The position numbers and the translations under genes are program-made. DNA of 64,000 nucleotides from Vicinamibacteria bacterium (GTDB lineage: Bacteria > Acidobacteriota > Vicinamibacteria > Marinacidobacterales > Marinacidobacteraceae): the NCBI GenBank assembly GCA_965199715.1, contig OZ241322.1, forward strand, positions 2,208,001 to 2,272,000, written 5' to 3'. The notes under the pieces were generated by a model that ran no database searches, was not told where the DNA came from, and saw nothing but the letters and a program-made list of their open reading frames with translations. Below are positions 31,906-40,599 of the stretch, piece by piece; the first letter of the stretch is position 1, and each line of letters begins with the position of its first letter.

Positions 31906-32429
31906 AGCCCGTCCGCAGCTTCCGCTCCCGCGCCGTGGTGCTGCCGGCGGACCACGTGGACACCGACCAGATCATCCCGGCGCGCTTCTTGACCGCGACC
32001 GGGCGCGACGATCTCGGCGACGCGCTGTTCGCCGACTGGCGGAAGGCCCCGGACTTCCCGCTGAACGGCGCCGCGGACGCGGGAATCCTCGTCGCCGGGT
32101 CGAACTTCGGTTGCGGCTCCTCGCGGGAGCACGCCGCGTGGGCGCTGCGCGACGCCGGGTTCCGGGCGGTGCTCGCCCCTTCCATCGCCGACATCTTCCG
32201 GGGGAACGCGATCCGCAACGGCCTCGTGCCGGTCGAGCTTCCCTCCGAGGCGCTCGGGCGGATTCCCACCGGGGCCGAGGTGACGGTGAACGTGGAGGCC
32301 GAGTCGGTCACGCTCCCGGACGGCTCGACCGAGCGGTTCGCGCTCCCCCGGTTCGGGCGGCGCTGTCTGCTTTCCGGGCTCGGGCCGCTCGACTTCCTGC
32401 TGGAGAACCTTCCGGCGACGGATGGCTGA
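31902..32429 (+). CDS. leuD: 3-isopropylmalate dehydratase small subunit
   Basis: [27 protein letters not shown]. Confidence 0.95.
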   Translation: MKPVRSFRSRAVVLPADHVDTDQIIPARFLTATGRDDLGDALFADWRKAPDFPLNGAADAGILVAGSNFGCGSSREHAAWALRDAGFRAVLAPSIADIFRGNAIRNGLVPVELPSEALGRIPTGAEVTVNVEAESVTLPDGSTERFALPRFGRRCLLSGLGPLDFLLENLPATDG

Positions 32430-32994
32430 GCGAGTTCGCTGCGGCTGGGCCGAAGGGCGCTCCCCGCTCTACGTCCGCTACCACGACGAGGAGTGGGGCG
32501 TCCCGGTCCGGGACGACCGCGTCCAGTTCGAGTTCCTCGTGCTGGAGTCGGCGCAGGCCGGACTGAGCTGGGAGACGATCCTGAAGCGGCGCGAGGGATA
32601 CCGGGAGGCGTTCGCCGGATTCGACCCCGAACAAGTCGCTCGCTTCGACCGGGACCGGATCGGGGAGCTGCTGCTGCGCCCGACGATCATCCGCAACCGC
32701 GCGAAGGTCGAGTCCGCCGTCGGCAACGCCGCCCGGTTCCTCGAGGTCCAGGCCGAGTTCGGGTCGTTCTGCCGGTACGTCTGGGGCTTCGTGGGCGACC
32801 GCCCGATCGCCCGGCTCCGGCGGACGGACGCGGACGTTCCGGCGACCTCGCCCGAGTCGGACGCGCTCGCCCGGGACATGCGCCGCCGCGGCTTCCGCTT
32901 CGTCGGGCGCACGATCCTGTACGCGCACATGCAGGCCACCGGACTCGTGAACGACCACGTCCTCGGCTGCTTCCGCCGTCGGCAGTTAGGCTAG
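32422..32994 (+). CDS. tag: DNA-3-methyladenine glycosylase I
   Basis: RCGW, YHDEEWG, QAGLSW, IIRNRAK, GLVNDH...C. Confidence 0.95.
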   Translation: MAERVRCGWAEGRSPLYVRYHDEEWGVPVRDDRVQFEFLVLESAQAGLSWETILKRREGYREAFAGFDPEQVARFDRDRIGELLLRPTIIRNRAKVESAVGNAARFLEVQAEFGSFCRYVWGFVGDRPIARLRRTDADVPATSPESDALARDMRRRGFRFVGRTILYAHMQATGLVNDHVLGCFRRRQLG

Positions 32995-32999
32995 GCGGC

Positions 33000-34121
33000 G
33001 TGCGCGCGCTGCTCTTGGTCCTCGCCGGCGCGGTCCTCGCGTCGTGCGGCGAGGGAGTCTCCGGAACCCCGGCGCCGCCGCCCGCCCCGGACCGGCCGCC
33101 GCGCCAGATCATCGGCCTCGAGACGGTCGCCCCCCGCACGGAAATCCGGATCGGGCAGGCGGTCGGGCCGCTCGTGGTCTATGGCGTGTACGACGACGAC
33201 ACGACCGGCACCGTGACGGCGACGCTCGTCTCCTCGGACCCGGGCGTGGTCCGGATCGACGACGAGGGACGCGCCGTGGGCGCCGGCGTCGGCATGGCGG
33301 TCGTGACCGCGAGCTTCGAGGGGTTCGAGACGGAACTGGAGTTCGAGGTCGAGGACCCGATCCCAAGAAGCGTGCGGGACCGCCCCGACGACCTGAGCGG
33401 CCCGCAGATCCACTTCATCTACGCGGTGCCGAGCGATATCGAGGACCGCAACCGGGACCGCTTCGGCGAGCTGGAGCGCTCGGCGCTGGCCCTTCAGGCG
33501 TGGGTCGAGGAGGAGACCGGCCAGCGGCTGCGGATCGACACCTTCGAGGGGCGGCCCGACGTGTCGTTCCTGCGGGCCTCGTTCACCCATCAGGAGGGCG
33601 ACGGCACGGTCGGGCGGACGGTGGCCGATCTCCTCGACGACGCGCAGCGGCTGCAGCTCAGGGGCGACAAGATTCCGGTCTTCTACTACGAGGGCCGGGT
33701 CGTCGGCCTTTGCGGCAGCGCGTACTTCGGCGGGGGCGGCGCCGTGTACCTCGACTGCTCGGACGCGGAGCTCGGGCGGGACGAGTTCACCGTCTCCACC
33801 TTCGAGGCCGTCATGGTGCACGAGATCTTCCACGTGTTCGGCGCGGTGCCGGAGTGCGCCCCCAACTTCATCGAGGGCTGGCACGTCGAGGACCTGAACG
33901 ACGACATCATGTTCGCCGGGACCGACCGGTCCCCCAGGGGCGGGGTGTCCTACATCGACGTGGGGCGCGACGACTACTGGGGCCACGGCCGCTCCGACTG
34001 CCTCGACGTCAGCCGCAGCCGGTTCCTCGAGCCCGTCTCCGGCTCGGCGCTGCGGGCGGGCTCGGTCGAAGTGCGGATTCCGGGACCGGACTGGCCGCTT
34101 CGCTGCGGAGTCGGCCGATGA
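33000..34121 (+). CDS. lipoprotein with Ig-like (Big_2) domain and zincin metallopeptidase domain
   Basis: Lipobox LASC; SSDPGVVRID...G.AVVTASFEG; HEIFHVFG followed by H...DIM. Confidence 0.75.
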   Translation: MRALLLVLAGAVLASCGEGVSGTPAPPPAPDRPPRQIIGLETVAPRTEIRIGQAVGPLVVYGVYDDDTTGTVTATLVSSDPGVVRIDDEGRAVGAGVGMAVVTASFEGFETELEFEVEDPIPRSVRDRPDDLSGPQIHFIYAVPSDIEDRNRDRFGELERSALALQAWVEEETGQRLRIDTFEGRPDVSFLRASFTHQEGDGTVGRTVADLLDDAQRLQLRGDKIPVFYYEGRVVGLCGSAYFGGGGAVYLDCSDAELGRDEFTVSTFEAVMVHEIFHVFGAVPECAPNFIEGWHVEDLNDDIMFAGTDRSPRGGVSYIDVGRDDYWGHGRSDCLDVSRSRFLEPVSGSALRAGSVEVRIPGPDWPLRCGVGR

Positions 34122-35710
34122 TCCGGCTCCTCCTGCTGGCGGGGCTGGCGCAGGCGCAGCCGGCGGATCTGCTGATCCGGGACGCGCGGGTCGTCGATGG
34201 GACCGGAAGCCCGTGGTTCCGGGCGAACGTGGCGGTGGACGACGGAACGATCGTCTCGGTCGGCGCGGCGACGCCGGAAGCGAGAGACGTGATCGACGCC
34301 CGGGGCCTCGTTCTCGCGCCGGGGTTCGTGGACATGCACGCCCACTCCGAGTACGGGATGATCGTGGATCCGAGAGCGCTCTCGAAGGCGGCGCAGGGGG
34401 TCACCACCGAGGTGCTCGGCGAGCACCTTTCCGCCGGCCCGGTGCTCGGCCCAGCCGTGAACGACCCGATGATGGTCGCGCCGCCGATCCAGCGCGACTG
34501 GACGACGCTCGGCGGCTACTTCGACCGTCTCGAGCGGCAGGGAGTGGGCGTGAACGTGCTCTCCTATGTCGGCTCCGGGCAGGTCCGGGCGTCGGTGATC
34601 GGATACGAGGAGCGCGCCGCCAGCCGCGACGAGATGGACGCGATGAAGGAGCTCGTCCGGGAAGGCATGGAGGACGGCGCCTTCGGGGTCGCGAGCGGCC
34701 TCGCCTACATCCCGAACGCCTTCGCCGACACGGCCGAGCTCACCGAGCTGGCGCGGGTCGCGGCGGGGCTCGGCGGAATCTACGTGAGCCATCTGCGGGG
34801 CGGAGCGGAAGGCCTGCGCGAGGGAATCCGGATCGCCCGCGACGCCGGGACCGCGCTTGAGATCCACCACCTGAACTCGACGTCGGGCTCCCGCATCCCC
34901 GAGTTCGCCCGGATCATCGCCGAGGCGCGGGCGTCGGGGGTGGACGTCACCGGCAACGTGTACCCCTACATCGCCGGCTGGACCTACCTGCGGTCGCTGC
35001 TGCCTCGCTGGGCGCAGGAAGGCGGGGTCGATCGGATGCTCGGACGGATCGTCGATCCGAACGAGCGGGAGCGCCTCCTCGCCGAGCTTCGCGCCGGCGA
35101 GGCCGAGCGCCCCCGCTGGGGCCGCACGTTCGTGAGCTCGTTCCGCGAGGGGGTGGACGGACTCTCGATCGTCGATCTGGGCGCCTCCCGCGGAACGTCT
35201 CCCGAGGAGGCGCTGCTGGATCTCCTCGTCGAACAGGAGGGCGACGGGTTCCAGATCTCCTTCGGCAACACCGAGGCGAACCTCGTCCAGGCGCTGGCGC
35301 TGCCGTTCACCCACATCGGCTCCGACGGCAGCGCGCTCGCGATCGGGATGCGCACCCCGATGGGCAAGCCGCACCCGCGTTCGTTCGGGACCTATCCGCG
35401 GGTGTTCGCGAAGTACGTCCGCGAGGAGCGGCTGTTCTCGCTGGAGGAGGCCGTCCGGAAGATGACCTCGGCCCCGGCGAACCGGCTCGGCCTCGCCGAC
35501 CGGGGCCTGGTCCGTCCGGGGATGCGGGCCGACCTCGTCCTCTTCGACCCGGACGCGGTCGAAGACCGGGCGACGTTCGAGGAGCCGGAGCGCTACCCGT
35601 CGGGGATCCCGTGGGTGTTCGTGAACGGCGTCGCGGTCATTCGGGAGGGGGAGCCGACCGGCGCCCTTCCCGGCGAGGTGCTGCGCGGCCCGGCGTGGCG
35701 CGGCCGCTGA
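34118..35710 (+). CDS. N-acyl-D-amino-acid deacylase (D-aminoacylase)
   Basis: APGFVDMHAHS, QGVTTEV, YVSHLR, GSDG, PHPRSFGTYPRV. Confidence 0.9.
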   Translation: MIRLLLLAGLAQAQPADLLIRDARVVDGTGSPWFRANVAVDDGTIVSVGAATPEARDVIDARGLVLAPGFVDMHAHSEYGMIVDPRALSKAAQGVTTEVLGEHLSAGPVLGPAVNDPMMVAPPIQRDWTTLGGYFDRLERQGVGVNVLSYVGSGQVRASVIGYEERAASRDEMDAMKELVREGMEDGAFGVASGLAYIPNAFADTAELTELARVAAGLGGIYVSHLRGGAEGLREGIRIARDAGTALEIHHLNSTSGSRIPEFARIIAEARASGVDVTGNVYPYIAGWTYLRSLLPRWAQEGGVDRMLGRIVDPNERERLLAELRAGEAERPRWGRTFVSSFREGVDGLSIVDLGASRGTSPEEALLDLLVEQEGDGFQISFGNTEANLVQALALPFTHIGSDGSALAIGMRTPMGKPHPRSFGTYPRVFAKYVREERLFSLEEAVRKMTSAPANRLGLADRGLVRPGMRADLVLFDPDAVEDRATFEEPERYPSGIPWVFVNGVAVIREGEPTGALPGEVLRGPAWRGR

Positions 35711-36447
35711 GCGCGCTCCCGGCGGAGCTTCGGGCGCGCTGCCGGGACGGGAGCTTCCGGGGCACGACCTCGGGGCTCGCTCCCGGCTTCGCGCAGGCGA
35801 ACCTCGTGGTCCTCCCCGGCGCGCTCGCCGCCGACTTCCGCCGCTTCTGCGAGCGGAACCCGCGCCCGTGTCCGCTGCTTCACGACGCCGAGTCGGGGGC
35901 GGACTTCCGCACCGACCTGCCGCGCTACGTGGTGCGCCGGCGGGGAGCGTCGCCCCGCGAAACGCTCGACGCGACCGCCGACTGGCGCGACGACTTCGTC
36001 CCGTTCCTGCTCGGGTGCAGCTTCGGCTTCGAGGCGGCGCTCGTCGAGGCCGGGATTCCGCTGCGCCACCGGGACCAGGGCCGGATCGTGCCCATGTACG
36101 CGACCCGCCGGCGCTGCGAGCCGGCGGGGCGGTTCCGCGCGCCGCTCGTGGTCACCATGCGTCCGATTCCGCGCCGGCGGGTCGCCGACGCGATCGCGAT
36201 CTGCCGGGACTTCCCGCTGGCGCACGGCCCGCCGGTGCACGTCGGCGACCCCGCCGAACTCGGGATCGCGGACCTCGCCCGGCCGGACTGGGGCGACGAC
36301 TGCGGGATCGGCCCGGACGACGTCCCCGTCTTCTGGGCGTGCGGCGTCACTTCGCAGCTCGCGGTCGAGGCCGCCGACGCCGAAGTCTCGATCACCCACG
36401 CTCCCGGCCACATGTTCGTGACCGACCTTCCCTCGAGAACCTCATGA
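35695..36447 (+). CDS. DUF1445 putative hydro-lyase (D-glutamate cyclase family)
   Basis: QANLVVLP, FCERNPRPCP, RTDLPRY, LGCSFGFE, VPVFWACGVT, THAPGHMFVTD. Start uncertain. Confidence 0.9.
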   Translation: MARPLSALPAELRARCRDGSFRGTTSGLAPGFAQANLVVLPGALAADFRRFCERNPRPCPLLHDAESGADFRTDLPRYVVRRRGASPRETLDATADWRDDFVPFLLGCSFGFEAALVEAGIPLRHRDQGRIVPMYATRRRCEPAGRFRAPLVVTMRPIPRRRVADAIAICRDFPLAHGPPVHVGDPAELGIADLARPDWGDDCGIGPDDVPVFWACGVTSQLAVEAADAEVSITHAPGHMFVTDLPSRTS

Positions 36448-38858
36448 CAGCCCGAATGACCGCCGCCGCGCTTCTCGTCGCGGTCGCCGCCGACGCCCAG
36501 TGGACGAACCGGTATCCCAAGCTCGAGGGCTACTCGCACCACGTGTACGCCGAGGGCTACGAACTGCCCATCTTCGCGACCGGCCCTACGGATCCGGCCC
36601 CGGCGCCCGACGGGCGGACGATCGCGTTCGCCGCCCGGGGCTGGCTGTGGCTTCTGGACGAGGAGACCGGGGTCGCGCGAAGGCTCACGAGCGGCGCGGC
36701 GGTGGATTCCCGCCCGGCGTGGCGGCCCGACGGCGCGGCTCTCGCCTTTCTGCGCGACGACAGCCTCACGCTCTCGATCTGGACGCTGGATCTCGCGAGC
36801 GGCGAGGAGTCGCGCCGGTTCGCCGACGACTCCATGGTGCTGGATCCGGCGTGGTCGCCCGACGGCGCGTCGCTCTATTTCAGCGCCGCGACCGCGGGCG
36901 ACCTTGACGTCTGGCGGCTCGACGGCGAGACCGGCGAACCGGCGCGGGTCACGACGCGCCGCGGCCTCGAGGTCCGGCCCCAGCCGCTCGCGGACGGCGG
37001 GCTCGCGTACATGGCCAAGGGCCGCGGAACCGGAGACGCGGTGGTCGTGCGCGCCGCCGACGGGACGGAGTCGGTGCTGCGCTCGGAGTCCATCGCCTCG
37101 CAGGCGCGTCCGAGCGCCGATCCCGAGGGCCGGTCGCTCGCCGTGAACTGGCCCGCCGGGGACGGAGCCGACGGCTATCGGCTGATGCTGCTGGACGCCG
37201 CGGGCGGCGACGCGATCGAGCTCGTCGCGGCGCGGGGGCTCCCGGTGGCCCCGGTGTTCGCCGCCGACGGGAAGTCGGTGCTCTACGCCGAGGCCGACGA
37301 ATCGGAGACGTTCCGGCTCAAGCGGGTCTCCGCGTGGGGCGGCCCGGTGGAGGAGGTTCCGATCCGGGCGTGGGACTACGGCGCTCCCACCGGGCGGGTC
37401 CGGATCGCGACCCGCGCCGGCGGGAAGCCCGTCGCGGCGCGGTTGGCGGTGCTCGACGGCTCGTCGCATCCGGCGGCTCCGGAGTCCGCGATGGCGCGCT
37501 TCGACGGAACCCACGGGCGCATCTACTTCTATTCGCCGGGAACGATCGAGATGGAGCTTCCGGTCGGCGGCGAGGCGCGCGTGACCGCGACCCACGGCCT
37601 CGCGCACCTTCCGGCGGAGGCGGCGTTCTCCGTCCGCGCCGGCGAGACCGTGACCGTCGAACTTGACTTCGAGCGGATCTGGGATTCGACCGGGTATCGG
37701 TCCGGCGACCACCACTATCACCTGAACTACGGCGGGCCCACCCGTCTGGACCCGGACGACATGGTCGTGATGCTGGCCGGCGAGGCTCTCGACGTCGGGA
37801 CGCCGCTCATGGCGAACCTGCACCACCGGCTGAACGACACGGAGTTCTTCGCCGAGCGGCGGCTCGCGGACGCCCCGGCGTTCGTGTTCGGGCAGGAGGT
37901 GCGGTCCCACTTCCTCGGACACCTGGGGATCGTCGGGCTCGAAAGCGCCTTCCAGCCGTGGTTCTGGGGCCCCGGCTACCCGGTGTACGCGGACGACGAC
38001 CGCCCGAATGCGGACGCGCTGGCGCACTCGCGGCGCGAGGGAGCGGTGAGCGCCTACATGCACCCGGTCTCGGTGGAGGCCCCGTTCGAGGACCCGGGCC
38101 TGTCCTCGATCCCGGTGAGCCTGATCCCCGACGCGGTGCTCGGCGACCTCGACACGCTGGAGATCGCGTGCCTGTGGACGAACGAGCTCGGGACCGCCCG
38201 CGTCTGGGAGCGGGTGCTCATGCTGGGCGTCCCGCTCGCCGCGTCCGCCGGAACCGACGTGATGCTGGACTTCCACCGCACCATGGCGGTCGGGACCACG
38301 CGCATCTACGTGGAGGCTCCCGGGCCGTTCCAGCTCGGGCCGTACCTGCGAGCGCTCAAGGCGGGCCGGAGCTTCGTGACCACGGGGCCGCTCATGGACT
38401 TCCGCGTCGGCGGCATGCGGCCCGGCGACGCGGTCGCGTCCGGCGAGACCGCATGGACGCTGGAGCTCGCCTCGACCGGGCCGGTGGAGACGGTCGAGAT
38501 TCTCGTGAACGGGGAGATCGTGGAGACGCGGCCCGGCCTTGCGGCGGCCGGGTCGGAACGTCTCGAGGGCTCGGTCACGCTGCCCGAAGGCGGGTTCGTC
38601 GCGGCGCGGGCGCGCGGCGCGGAGGAGGGTTGGCCGGGCATGAACGGCGCCGCCTTCGCGCAGACGTCCCCGATCTGGATCGGACGGGTCGGCAGCTTCG
38701 ACCCGGACGCGGCCAGCCGGGCGGCGACGGATCTCCTGCGGGCGCTCGACGTCGCCGAGGCGCGGGTGGACGCGCGCTACGGGGACGCGCCGATCCCCCG
38801 CATTCGCGCCCGCTTCGCCATGGCCCGGGAACGGCTCGGCGAGTTTCTCCAGCCTTGA
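36444..38858 (+). CDS. TolB-like propeller + CehA/McbA-family (PHP-like) metallohydrolase
   Basis: PD40-like repeats (PAPAPDG, PAWRPDG, PAWSPDG), GDHHYH, GQEVRS..GH, AGTD and ALKAGRSFVTTGP. Confidence 0.8.
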   Translation: MTARMTAAALLVAVAADAQWTNRYPKLEGYSHHVYAEGYELPIFATGPTDPAPAPDGRTIAFAARGWLWLLDEETGVARRLTSGAAVDSRPAWRPDGAALAFLRDDSLTLSIWTLDLASGEESRRFADDSMVLDPAWSPDGASLYFSAATAGDLDVWRLDGETGEPARVTTRRGLEVRPQPLADGGLAYMAKGRGTGDAVVVRAADGTESVLRSESIASQARPSADPEGRSLAVNWPAGDGADGYRLMLLDAAGGDAIELVAARGLPVAPVFAADGKSVLYAEADESETFRLKRVSAWGGPVEEVPIRAWDYGAPTGRVRIATRAGGKPVAARLAVLDGSSHPAAPESAMARFDGTHGRIYFYSPGTIEMELPVGGEARVTATHGLAHLPAEAAFSVRAGETVTVELDFERIWDSTGYRSGDHHYHLNYGGPTRLDPDDMVVMLAGEALDVGTPLMANLHHRLNDTEFFAERRLADAPAFVFGQEVRSHFLGHLGIVGLESAFQPWFWGPGYPVYADDDRPNADALAHSRREGAVSAYMHPVSVEAPFEDPGLSSIPVSLIPDAVLGDLDTLEIACLWTNELGTARVWERVLMLGVPLAASAGTDVMLDFHRTMAVGTTRIYVEAPGPFQLGPYLRALKAGRSFVTTGPLMDFRVGGMRPGDAVASGETAWTLELASTGPVETVEILVNGEIVETRPGLAAAGSERLEGSVTLPEGGFVAARARGAEEGWPGMNGAAFAQTSPIWIGRVGSFDPDAASRAATDLLRALDVAEARVDARYGDAPIPRIRARFAMARERLGEFLQP

Positions 38859-38893
38859 CAGGCGAGCGCGTCGGGCCGAGTATCCGCGCCGGA

Positions 38894-40150
38894 ATGCGAC
38901 GGATCGCGGGGCTCCTCCTCGTCGCGCTCGCGGCGGCGTCCGCGCCGGAAGCGCAGACGCGGCCCCGGGTGTTCTTCGACTGCTCCGGCCCCCGGTGCGA
39001 CTCGCGCTACTACCGGACCGAAATCGCCTGGGTGCACTGGGTGAACGACCGCCAGGACGCGCAGGTGCACCTCATCATGACCAGCCAGAACACCGGCGCC
39101 GGAGGGCGGGAGTACCTGCTGGACTTCGCCGGCGCCGGCGACCACGCGGATTACGTGGACCAGCGCCGCTTTCGTTCGCTGCCGACGGACACCGATCGGG
39201 AGACGCTCGACGGGATCGCCCGCGCGCTCGCGCTCGGGCTCGCCGCGTTCGCCGAGGAGGCCGGATACCGGGGACTGGTCACGCTGCAGCCGGCGGACCG
39301 GGTCGAGGAGGCGGTGGAGCGCGGCGTGGTCTCCGGCGACGAAGTGGAGGACCCGTGGAACCTGTGGGTGTTCCGGATCGAAACCGAGGCGGGGATCGAA
39401 GGGGAGTCGCAGTCCCGGAGGACGAATCTGGAGGGCGGGTTCTCCGCGTCCCGCGTCACCCCGGACTGGCGGATCCGCTTCTGGGGCGACGTGAACCACG
39501 ACCGCTACTCCATCGACCTCACCGACGGGACGTTCGAGGACCACCGGACCGGCTGGGACCTCGCGTCGCGCACCGTGTACGCGCTGCTCGACCACTGGTC
39601 CGCCGGAATCGACCTGAGCGCGTCCCGCAACGTGAACTACAACCAGGACTTCCGCGTCGAAGCCTCGCCGGCGATCGAGTACAGCGTCTTCCCCTACGAG
39701 GAGGCCACGCGCCGCAGCTTCACCTTCTACTACACGCTCGGCCCGGCGTACCGGGACTACGTGGAGCGGACCATCCACGGCGAGACCTCCGAGACCAGGT
39801 GGGAGCAGGCGATGGACGTCCGCTTCAGCCAGCGGCAGCGATGGGGCAACGCCTCGGTGAACCTGCGGGGGTCGCACTTCCTCCACGACCTCGGCCAGCG
39901 GCTGGTCCGGCTCGGAAGCTACCTTTCGGTGCGGGTCGTGCGCGGCATCGAGCTCAGCGTCTCGGGCAACGTGAGCTGGGTGAACGACCAGATCTACCTG
40001 CCCGCAGGCGCGGCGACCGACGTGGAGGCGTTGCTCCAGCTCCAGCAGCGGGCGACGGACTTCGACTACGGGGTCGAGATCGGCTTCGAGTTCCAGTTCG
40101 GCTCGATCTACAACAACGTGGTCAACAACCGGTTCGGCCGCCGCTTCTGA
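38894..40150 (+). CDS. secreted, probable outer-membrane beta-barrel protein
   Basis: Signal peptide, alternating beta-strand pattern, C-terminal FGSIYNNVVNNRF. Confidence 0.7.
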   Translation: MRRIAGLLLVALAAASAPEAQTRPRVFFDCSGPRCDSRYYRTEIAWVHWVNDRQDAQVHLIMTSQNTGAGGREYLLDFAGAGDHADYVDQRRFRSLPTDTDRETLDGIARALALGLAAFAEEAGYRGLVTLQPADRVEEAVERGVVSGDEVEDPWNLWVFRIETEAGIEGESQSRRTNLEGGFSASRVTPDWRIRFWGDVNHDRYSIDLTDGTFEDHRTGWDLASRTVYALLDHWSAGIDLSASRNVNYNQDFRVEASPAIEYSVFPYEEATRRSFTFYYTLGPAYRDYVERTIHGETSETRWEQAMDVRFSQRQRWGNASVNLRGSHFLHDLGQRLVRLGSYLSVRVVRGIELSVSGNVSWVNDQIYLPAGAATDVEALLQLQQRATDFDYGVEIGFEFQFGSIYNNVVNNRFGRRF

Positions 40151-40425
40151 TGGGTCCCCGAACGCCGGAGATTCTCGAGACCGAGCGCGCCTACCTGCTC
40201 GCCAACGCGAAGGAACTTGCCGCCAAGTATCCTGGGAAGCACCTGCTCATCAAGGGCGAGACCGTTTACGGCGCCTTCGAGACGCGCAACGAGGGAGTGG
40301 ATCGCGGGTTCCAGTTGTTCCCGAGGGAGTCGTTCCCGGTGCGCTCGGTGCTGCGCCCGGAGGATCCGGAACCGGTGATCGTTCCGGTCCTGGCGTTGGG
40401 TCTTCCCGTCATTGCCGATCCTTGA
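40150..40425 (+). CDS. DUF5678-like small protein
   Basis: ELAAKYPGKHLLIKGETVYGAFET...G...F...F.VR pattern. Confidence 0.65.
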   Translation: MGPRTPEILETERAYLLANAKELAAKYPGKHLLIKGETVYGAFETRNEGVDRGFQLFPRESFPVRSVLRPEDPEPVIVPVLALGLPVIADP

Positions 40426-40590
40426 CGCCAGACTTCCGGCGCCTGGCCGGGATTGGCTCGAGCGGTGCGGTGAGCTCTTTCCGACGGCGATCCTGCGGAC
40501 TTGATCGCCCTGATCGGGCGCGACGCGCTCGAGGGCGCGATCCTCATCTGCAACGGCGTGGACGGCTCGTTCTCGCTCTCCTCCGTGTAG
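40412..40590 (+). pseudogene. remnant of a retropepsin-like aspartyl protease
   Basis: An MPIL... start overlaps the DUF5678-like gene. The C-terminal LIALIGRDAL...NG..GSFSL lies in another frame and the central DTG region is missing. Confidence 0.6.
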
Positions 40591-40599
40591 CCCCGCCCG

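Noticed and set aside
38855-38886. TTGACA upstream of the beta-barrel gene as a sigma70 promoter
   Set aside because: No acceptable -10 box at 16-18 bp spacing; TATCCG lies 20 bp away.
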